In this document: one piece after another, positions 54,598 to 64,000 of the stretch
How the letters are laid out: every line of letters starts with the position of its first letter
How positions within the stretch are numbered: the first letter of the stretch is position 1
NCBI GenBank assembly: GCA_951406725.2
Contig: OX597834.1
Coordinates: 23,436,001 to 23,500,000, forward strand
Direction: 5' to 3'
DNA length: 64,000 bases
Origin: Octopus vulgaris
Taxonomy: Eukaryota
Program-made: the position numbers and the translations under genes
The notes under the pieces: generated by a model
The model's input: the letters and a program-made list of their open reading frames with translations, nothing else
Database searches by the model: none
What the model was told of the DNA's origin: nothing

Positions 54598-55480
54598 TTA
54601 ATTTATTTTGTTTTATGGTTAACGAGGTAGGTTGCTGCTATTTATAGGAATTTTTCTATCTAGTTTTGAAACCCAGTAGGCAAACTAAATATTATTTACC
54701 ACATCCAGCCTTACTTGTATATACTTTCAGAAAAGTAGAAGAAAACTTATGGTTGCAGAAAAGGATCACCTCTGTAAATTTATTTAATGTTTTAGGACCA
54801 AAGGACCCAAGGATGGCAAGAGATTCCCTTATATACAACTTACACTTGTTAATATTAATGCTAAAATAAGGGGCCCTCGAAATTATAGACCATTCAAGAA
54901 AGTAACTTTTATTACTTCACTTTACACAAGAGGCAAGTGTAGTGAAGTTACAATATTTTTCTTTCGAAAACAAATTCATGTGGGCCCTGAACCTCGCCTT
55001 AAAATTGACAGTCCTGCCTATATAAACCCTATTCAAATTGCCCTCCTCTTTAACTACGCATTTATAAATTACATTTGTAATCAAACAAAATCTGTCGAGG
55101 GGACATAACCTAGGGTTTCTGAAATTATAGGATTTACCAGAACTGCCTTTATCCCTATTACTGATACTAACATTATTTATTTGGTTTCCTGCATTCTTCC
55201 TCTCGAATATCCCATTAACAGGGGTTAGTAATACTAGTGGACGTAAATGGTAGGTAATTCCAACCTTAGGCTTATTAGAGCTTACCAGCCCTATACCAGA
55301 GTTTCAACAGAGGAATACTTCCAGTACACTTACCTACTTAATTTACATCTACTAATAAATGCAATAATGGAGACCAAATTCAGCATTACTGAGTAGGAAA
55401 ATTTAATGGAGGATATATAATGGATGGTGTAGTACTTATGATTCTTTGGGAAATTCTCCTTCAGAATCTTAAAAAACAAC
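54130..55480 (-). mobile_element. Penelope-like remnant: thumb/linker, GIY-YIG domain and 3' UTR with hammerhead
   Basis: FPKNHKYY..IKFSYSVM.NL; CPLDRFCLITNVIYKC; YIG.T.NFKARF.AH; EWSII; KCKL..TLNK..E..CNH. catc CTGATGA..GAAA TGGCCA CA gatg at 54440-54373. Confidence 0.85.
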
Positions 55481-55850
55481 ATCATGCCACCATTCATTTT
55501 CCCACACAGCCTCAAACTCAACAAAGAGACCTACATCAAGTACCTGGAGAAAGTAGTGCTGCCCTGGGTCGAGAGGGTGCCTGTTGGAAGGCCGTATGTC
55601 TGGCAACAGGACTCTGCACCATGCCACACAAGCAGGAGAACCCAGTCATGGCTGTCAGATAATTTCTGCGACCACATCACCCCCTAGCATCTGGCCACCT
55701 AACTTTCCAGACTGCAATCCCCTTGATTATTATGTGTGGGGTGCAGCTGAGCGAGAAACAAACAAAACTCCTTGTAACACCAATGAGGAACAGAAAGCAA
55801 GGATTATGGCAGCACTCACCAACTTAAACAAGGAGACCATCCAGAAAAGG
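55480..55850 (+). mobile_element. maT/DD37D transposase remnant
   Basis: YVWQQDSAPCH...WPPNFPDCNPLDYYVWG; about 37 residues between the second and third Asp across a frameshift. Confidence 0.85.
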
Positions 55851-56220
55851 AATTAACTATACATATGTATATATAAGACCCCCTTCGGTCATGAATGACC
55901 ATGGAATTGAACCTAGAAAGTTCCCCTCCCATACACAAGTCTGGGCAAGGTTGTTTGCAGAAGACCAGCAGTCGCCCATGCATACCAGTCTCTCCTCTCT
56001 GTGCCACTGATGCTGTCCAAGGGAAAGGCAAAGGGGCCGATACAGTTTGGCACCAGTGACATCGCAACTCATTTCTACAGCTTGGTGAACTGGAGCAATG
56101 TGAAATGAAGTGTCTTGCTCAAGTGCACAACACACAGACTGGTCCAGGAATTGAACTCACAACCTCATGATTGTAAGCCCAACACACTAACCACTGAACC
56201 ACGTGCCTTTATTTTCACAC

Positions 56221-56331
56221 TTACAGCACATAGGTTTACCAAGCAGTCACCCATCTAAGTACTAACTAGGCTTGACATTGCTTAACTTTGGTTATCAGAC
56301 AAGAACCAATACTTTCAGCATGATGATATGG

Positions 56332-56332
<1 letters not shown>
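56221..56332 (-). pseudogene. 5S rRNA pseudogene (or 5S-derived SINE head)
   Basis: gccata..gctgaa..ggttcttgtctgat..aagttaagcaa..gttagtacttagatgggtgactgcttgg..gtgctgta, a decayed 5S sequence. Confidence 0.85.
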
Positions 56333-56366
<34 letters not shown>

Positions 56367-57386
56367 CGTAGGAGTGGCTGTGTGGTAAGTAGCTTGTTTA
56401 CCAACCACATGGTTCCAGGTTCAGTCCCACTGTGTGGCACCTAGGGCAAGTGTCTTCTGCTATAGCCTCGGGCCAACCAAAGCCTTGTGAATGGATTTGG
56501 TAGACGGAAACTGAAAGAAGCCTGTCGTATATATTTATGTATATATATGTATGTATGTGTGTGTGTATATGTTTCTGTGTCAGTGTTTGTTACCCCAACA
56601 TCGCTTGACAACCAATGCTGGTGTGTTTACGTCCCCGTAACTTAGCGGTTTGGCTTACAAAGAATAAGTCCTGGGATTGATTTGGTCGACTAAAGGTGGT
56701 GCTCCAGCATGGCCACAGTCAAATGACTGAAACAAGTAAAAGAATAAAAGAGTATACAAAAATGATTTCAAAAGGATATGTAATCCTGGCAGTTATCGTG
56801 TTTCCCCTTAAATCAGTTTTGTATGTCAACTAACCACAGCAAATGTTGGTGATACCCAAGAGAGCAATAAGTTACTAGATTCTGGCAATTTTTCGTGCTT
56901 GGTAAATCCGAGTGTCCTATTCTGGACTGCATAGTCTCTGCAGAGTAAGTAATAGTATTGATAATAATTAGGAGAACAAAGATTTTCCACATCTGTAATT
57001 TTATTAAATCATGAATGCTGTAATTAACTGTATAATAAAATTACAGTTGTAGAAAAATCTCTGTTCTATTTTATGTGCCACCAGCATGAGGGCTAGTCAA
57101 GCGGTACTGTCAATGGCCACGCTCAAATGGTGTTTTTTTATGTGCCACATGCACAGGAGCCAGTCCAGTGGCAGTGGCAACGACCTTGCTCAAATGCTTT
57201 TTCACATGCCACTGTGTCCTTATATTTTCGATACACTGATGTTGTTTTGAGCTGAGTGGGGGTGCTAGATTACCTTGTAATGATTCTCATGTATGTATTC
57301 TCATGCATATAGTTGCATATCTAGTTTTTATTACATAAACATACAAAGCAATCTCTGTCATTTTATAAAACTATTCATTGAAACTG

Positions 57387-57600
57387 TCAAATAATCCCAT
57401 CCAACACTTTGTATTGTTTTGCACACAATACTTGAAATCTAGGCTGGAAATTATGCATTACATGCCGCACCCTGTCTTCAAGGACTGACATAATTTTCTT
57501 GTGAATTGCAACGTTTAGTACGTTTCTCTTTGAGGTGTCTCTGAAGGGAATAACTGAATCATTGAATGTCAAATAACCAAGTAGGCCACGACAAGTCACC
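57387..57600 (-). mobile_element. Tc1/mariner transposase C-terminal remnant
   Basis: LGYL...VMHNFQPRFQV.C....LDGII resembles the transposase C-terminus. Confidence 0.4.
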
Positions 57601-60301
57601 TTGCTTGCAAATGAAATATGGCTGTCAAATATTTCTTTAGCTAGATTGTTACCTAATAATGTTGAGAATGTGATCTTGCCGTCAAGTAGTTAACATCAGG
57701 AAAATATGTCATACATATAATAATTATTATTTGATTTCTGTCAGATTTCTTGGTCTTTATACAAATTGAAATCAATATGAATTTTCTAAAAGAAATATAT
57801 TTATTACTTTAAAATTAATTTAAATAAAATAAATTTCTCTCATTAATGGAATGTTCAGATGTTGTGTCAAAGCATGACGCCTCACCCACCATTTCAGATC
57901 TGCTTTTCACATTTGAGATTTATGTCATGGTTGAATTATGGTGTGGGCTTGGCTGTGTGCTAAGAATTTTGCTTCCCAACTACAAGGCGTTATGGTTCAG
58001 TACTGCTGTGTGACACCTGTAACCTCACGCTGCTAAAGCTTTGTCAGTTGATTTGGTAAATGGAAATTGAAAAAAGCCTGACTGACATACATACATACAT
58101 ACATACATACATACATACATGCATGCATGCATGGGGTCCTGGGATATGTAATATACTGACTAAATACTAATCTTGAGAAATTAAGCTTCTCAAAACCAGA
58201 AAAGAGAAAGCTGATTCGAAGACTACAGATCTAATCCATCACTGGAACTATAAAAATCTGTAAAACTTCCCAAAAGTTTATCATTTAAATATATATGCGC
58301 AATTGGCATCTAATCTAATCTATAAAATGAAGACAGTGAACATTGATACAAATTGAATTTTTATGTAAAAAGGGGTCTAAAATGGGGCTGGAAGGGGATT
58401 AAAATTTACAGCAGGGGGTAACTTGAGGTGAGAAATTGATTGGGAGACGTTTTGGGGCGCTACAGCGGTTGCTTTGCTGTGAAAACGGGAAATTTATTGA
58501 TTTTTGGGGACACTTGAGGGTCTCGGTTGGACACCATTTGCCTGATTTCAATCAAATTTTCAACATGGTAAAGTGGAAGTGGATTTGTAATTTAAGCGCA
58601 GAAAATGGGTTCAAAATTTTGAAAATTAAGGCAAGACTTTTGAAGTTGAAAAAAATTTCTCATTTTACGTATTTTTGCCTTTTCTTTTTTTATTGTTTAC
58701 AGTTTTCAATTTTTTCTGCATGTAGCCCGTGTTTAGAGCTTTCATTTGCATGGTCAATTGTCGAAAAATTCCCAAAATAAGTTCTAAATTTAACAAAGAA
58801 ATCCTTTTTTACCTTACTTTTAATCGCTCAAATAGTGGCATGTACAAAAGGCAAGTGTGCTTTCTGTTGTCACTGCCTGATATTTATGATTGATCTTTCA
58901 AAATATTTTCTTTCTCAACTTAATCAAGATCTTTTGTTTTTTTATAAATGGGAAAGAGATAGAGAAAGATAGAGAGTAAGAGAAAGCAAGGGAGAGACAT
59001 ATATACAAATGAATACACTCTGCTTGTTGTTCCCTCACCTGTCTCTGTTTTTTGTTCTTTGTATCATTTTGAACTATATACATACATATATACATATACA
59101 TATATATATATATATATACATATATATGTGCGTGTGTGTGTATATATATATAGAGTGGTTGGCGTTAGGAAGGGCATCCAGCCGTAGAAACACTGCCAGA
59201 TCTGACTGGGCCTGACGAAGCCTTCCAGCTTCACAGACCCCAGTTGAACCGTCCAACCCATGCTAGCATGTAAAGCGGATGCTAAATGATGATGATGATG
59301 ATGATGATATATATATAATTGTATATGTATATATGTATATACATATATATAAATATATACATATATATTATGGCTGCCCCCTCGTTATCGAGTATGGCCA
59401 TTGCACGAAGCTTAACTGTTACTGGTGCTGTGATCGAATGTGACTTTTTAGCCCAGCTAAAGATCTACAATGTCTTGTACAAAATTGGCAACTAAAACCT
59501 TTACTGGTAATAGCCGGCTGTAGTTGTAACTGGGCTTCATCATTGATTTTTTGCTTTTTAAGGCTACAGCCATCCATTCAGTTGAGACTCACAGCACCAT
59601 CAACAATCATGAATTAGTTAATCAATTTAATCAATCTAATGTAGCAATACCTATACAAAAAGATTTTTTTTAAAGTGAGGAAAGGCTGTGTACTGAATCA
59701 ATCCCACTCACTAAGCAACAGCAGCAATAATCCGAAAAGAAGAACAAGTCAACATCATCGGTAACCATTGAGCCGCAGGTTTTATGTCGGAGTTATCTCA
59801 GTTACCTGAGTTACCTTCTCCTAGAAGGATGCCCTAACAAAGTCTAGGAGTCCTTCACTCCCAATGGTTTAACCGTGCGATCGGGTATTCAGTCCGATTA
59901 TTTCTATGTCCCCGCGCATGATACAGCCTTAAAAAAAAAAAAAATTATTGGATGGCCGTTGACCCTCAAGAGTTTCTCCGCCCTTTGACGGGTTTTGTTT
60001 TTCATCCTGCGGGGTGTCCAATAAACACCCTCCTCACCAAGCAAGCTTGGTGGGGTTGCCGGTTTAGTTGCCGATGACCCGACCATGCAACAGGTTGTTC
60101 TGGGTTACATGTTACCAGTAGCACTCGAAAGTGACCTGACATACACATATATGCACACACATATACATACATACATACATACATACATACATACACCTAC
60201 CTATTACTATTATCATTTAAAACTATTTGATTCAGTTCTATGTAACTTAAAATTTTGCAGGCTTCTTACAGAAACCTAGCTCATTCAGGATCACATATGG
60301 T

Positions 60302-60348
<47 letters not shown>

Positions 60349-60699
60349 TTGCAGGTTTCAAGAGGATCACCTACTTAAATAGTAAAGCACCAAAGTCAGG
60401 CCAGTGATAGCACTATTGTGTACAAACAATATTTATTGACAAATATGGACATACTAAAGTAAACACAGATCTATACTCTGGTTGTACTGTTCATATTTGA
60501 GTGGAGTATGATTCTTAGGAGGGCCATGTCAATAATAAATTTCTGCACTTCTTTTTATTATTATTATTATTCAGCATTTGGCAGTTTCAGGCAAATTTTT
60601 ACTGCATCACCTTACTACACATTCATGTTTCTGGGGTGTGTGCAGCATTGTGGGTCCTTTTCTGTTGTTGTTGGGGGGGGGTGCAAACTCTTCCCAGTA

Positions 60700-61880
60700 T
60701 TGTATTGCATTACTTTGTTTTGTTATGGGGGAACTATTGAGGATAAACAACCTGATGAGGTTGCATACGTCAGCGCTATCAAAGGCTCCCATCGCTACAT
60801 CAGAGGAGCCCAAGGGGTTGGATTGCTTGACCCATACTGAACCTTTGTTGAACAGCCCTGTCTTTCTGGCATGCATAATGACTTCTATGTCTCTCTGGCT
60901 AATGTTAGTGAAGTCCCTAATGAAAGAAAGCGCTTGGCCAGTAGTCCTTTTGATATAGATAGGTAAAAGTCAACTATATCAAACTGGGTGAACCTTGCTC
61001 TGTTCTTTCCTTGTTGGTGACAACCCCTATAGCAGCAGCAGTGACAGTGGCCCTAGCAGAAATGCTAACGGAACCACAGCTGACACCCCTAGCAGCAATG
61101 GCAGCTTTCCCACCAATGACCACAATAACAACAACAAAGCCTTCATCATAACCGACAGTGGCGATACCAATGCCACCACCACTTCCAGCAATGCCAATAC
61201 CAGTAATCCCAGATCTAGTAACACCGATGTTAGTGGTAGCAACAACAACAACAACACCAGCAGGTACAACACCAACAACATGCACCCAAGGAGAAACATT
61301 GGATGTTCTGGGAACTCTTTCAAGTAATGTCTCTCCAACCACAGGTCCTTTTTCAGAGTTCCAGAAAGAAGATGCATAACATCACTGGCCAGCCATGTCT
61401 GGTAACTAAGAGATGATGGGATTCCATACTCAATCTCATGGAAAATCCTTGAGAACCCAGATCCCTACATCAATGGGACAAAGTGTTGCAAGTTATGCAT
61501 AACTGAACACTCAAGAATCCTAAAGGACTCACTCGAACCAGGGAACATCCTTAACTCCAGAACAGAGATTTTCGAGCCATGTTTACATTTCAGGAGATTC
61601 CTGCAAGCTTCTTGGAGTCCACAAGATGGCGGCACAGCTGGACGTCGATAGCCAATAGCAAAAGGAGATAAACCCCAATTGTTACCCTTGAGTAGTGAGG
61701 CATTTCCCCCTCCATATTTTTAAGAGGTCATGGGCCAACAGGTTTTTAGGACCTGACAATATGCCATAAAGCTAAACCCTTTATGGTCAGGAAATCTAAA
61801 GTAATCCCTAAACCAGTCTTCCCCATTTTTAATATATACTGCTCTACATCTTAGAGTGTGCTTCTTTTCGGATTTATGTT
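60700..61880. mobile_element. Penelope-like element with internal inversion: RT on minus (about 60700-61015), GIY-YIG on plus (about 61290-61650)
   Basis: Minus: FTQFDIVDFYLSIS, HARKTGLF..W, DVAMGAFDSADVCNL. Plus: NIG.SGNSFK..NH, TSLASHVW, ISWKIL..PYINGTKCCKLCITE..LNSRTEIF.PCLH. Hammerhead remnant 61741-61814, then (TA)n. Confidence 0.88.
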
Positions 61881-61895
61881 ATATATATATATATA

Positions 61896-62254
61896 CGCTA
61901 CAAGGATGTTTGCAAAAGGGACATGAAGGCCTGCAACCTCAATATTAGCTGTTGAGAAGCAGTTGCCGGCAACCGTGGAGACTGGCGATGTACCGTAAAA
62001 GAGGGAATACAAAGGAGTGACAGAGAGAGAGAGGAGAAATGGAAAGACAAGAAAAGACGTCAACAAGAAACTATGGCATTACAACCAGCCAGGAACAGTC
62101 TTCGCTACATTTGCGGTACCTGCCAGAGGGCGTGTTTGTCCAGGATAGGACTACACAGCCACAGCAGGAAGTGTATCAGGACATGAAATGTAACAACCGG
62201 ACTAGACTACTTTATGCGCAACTCCATTGTCTCCTGAGACAAAAAGGATGCCAA

Positions 62255-62258
<4 letters not shown>
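61896..62258 (+). mobile_element. RTE LINE 3' end with C-terminal zinc finger
   Basis: RYKDVCKRDMK..W..ICGTCQRACLSRIGLHSHSRKC. Confidence 0.85.
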
Positions 62259-62326
<68 letters not shown>

Positions 62327-62344
62327 TATATACACACACACACA

Positions 62345-62720
62345 AGGACTCTCTTTCATGAAAGGCAAATTGTATGATGCTTGTGTATGAATGGCTATGT
62401 TACATGGTAGTGAGACATGGGCTCTGAATGCAGGAGACATGCATAGACTGGAGAGGAATGAAGGTAGTATGTTTTGTTGGATGTGCAGTATCAATGTGCA
62501 TGAATGACAAAGCACAAAAGTGTTGAGAGAAAATTTGGGCATAAGAGGTATCAAATGCAGCATGCAAGAGAGAAGACTATTTTGGTTTGGATATGTGATG
62601 CGTATGAATGAAGACAGCTGTATAAAGATGTGCTGATTGCTGAAAGGAGATAGCAACCATGGAAGAAGGAGACCCAGGAACACATGGGATGAAGAAGTGA
62701 GGACCAATCTTGGGATGTTT
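62345..62720 (+). mobile_element. RTE LINE post-RT fragment
   Basis: KGKLYDACV..MLHGSETW..RRLFWFGYVMRM..GRRRPRNTWDE. Confidence 0.85.
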
Positions 62721-63627
62721 TGTTGTGAAAGGAGGACTAAAATTACACAATTACATGTGGATGTTGTGTAAAAAGGTCATCTACCTTTCACTGCTTATGT
62801 GTGAAGTTCAAGCTAAGAACTTCCAGTGACATCATTCACCTCTTCCAGTCGCTATCCTTTCATCGTCATAGGATTTTTCTTATTTTAGGGGTGGCAGTGT
62901 ATACTCTCACCATCAAAACATGATGGTGGTATTTGCTGATAACATTCTACAGAACTACCTGCACATGGTTTTGTTTATAGTGGTCATTGCTTGTGCAGCA
63001 AAATGCACACTCCTCTCCCCATTAAAAAAGCATTTACCTGCACAGGTGCACAGTGTACCACATGTCAGATGCTAAATCGATGGTAGATTTCAGATCAGTG
63101 GCCTTCTCCTAGTCTAGTTGCTCAAAAGCTATAGAGCCCAGACTGCCCTATGAATAAAAAGATGCTGATAGTGCACATCAACTAAGGGGACATCAACGTG
63201 GAAGCCCCCACCGAGCTTGCTTGGTGAGGAGGAGGGTGTTTGTTGGAAACATGCATACATATATACACACACACACATACCCGCATATTCGTGTGTACGT
63301 ATACTCAGTTTCTACATACATACACACACATACATACATACATGCATACACACATACATACACACATACAAACATATATACATACACACATAAGTATATT
63401 CATACGTACATACGCACAGACACACAAACATAAACAAACTTCGAAGTCACTGTCAGATCTCTTGTAAAAGTTTACTAAACATTTACTCTACAGGCATTTA
63501 CTCTTTAGTTTGATGACAGTTTTACATTAGAAAGAAACATCAATAGATACATATACGGATATGTAGTGTACCCGGTATACGTTTTACAAGCGTATAAATA
63601 TCAAGAGATCGCTATAAGCAGTCTTAC

Positions 63628-63800
63628 CTCACCGAGTACTGTCCATGCATTTATGTATTTTGAGGGCTGAATAGTCGTTTGTGGTGGAATCCAAGGAGGC
63701 TACATTTCGTTTCACTCGAGAGATAATGTTTAAAAGAATAACCGTGGGTTGAATGGAAGGAAGGAAGAAGGAGTGAAAGAGTGAGGAAGAGAGAGTGTAA
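63628..63800 (-). other. Putative first exon in a CpG-richer, promoter-like region
   Basis: Strong donor GAG|GTAAGA at 63628/63627. Unique sequence with visibly more CpG than the rest of the window. 5' boundary unknown. Confidence 0.25.
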
Positions 63801-63870
63801 GAGAAGGAAGAAGGCAGTGGTGTGTATATTGTTTTCAATATAGAGGGTAAGACGAAGTATAGAAAGAATG

Positions 63871-63910
<40 letters not shown>

Positions 63911-64000
63911 GTATATAAACAGCGCAGAGATGGGCTGAGAGGTAAAGGAAGAGAGAGAAGAAACGAGGAAAAGATTTGTGAAATATGAATATGTCTATGA

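Noticed and set aside
61400-61650. Selenocysteine recoding as reported for some Naiad PLEs
   Set aside because: Conserved Cys positions are not TGA in the remnants read here; the stops look like ordinary decay.

Overview
AT-rich, microsatellite-dense eukaryotic DNA. The SINE and LINE families look like those of an octopus (coleoid cephalopod); that is an inference from repeat content. The only supportable host gene is a minus-strand SLC35A-family nucleotide-sugar transporter (coding exons 9341-9672 and 7156-7761, with possible 5' exons at about 17.8 kb and 63.6 kb). The rest is repeat debris: tRNA-derived SINEs, RTE and CR1/L2 LINE fragments, mariner and maT (DD37D) remnants, piggyBac-type and hAT MITEs, a probable Helitron and a 5S pseudogene. 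Four Penelope-like (GIY-YIG) coding remnants are also present. The most notable hidden layer is a dense set of more than a dozen type I hammerhead-ribozyme-like motifs and fold-back elements, mostly inserted in (TA)n tracts. These include non-canonical cores (U3-A8 covariation; an extra A with a 2-nt helix III loop) and a tRNA-headed SINE carrying a hammerhead tail plus an inverted copy of that tail, which is a candidate Penelope-mobilised ribozyme SINE. All motifs were read by eye and none was folded computationally or tested.
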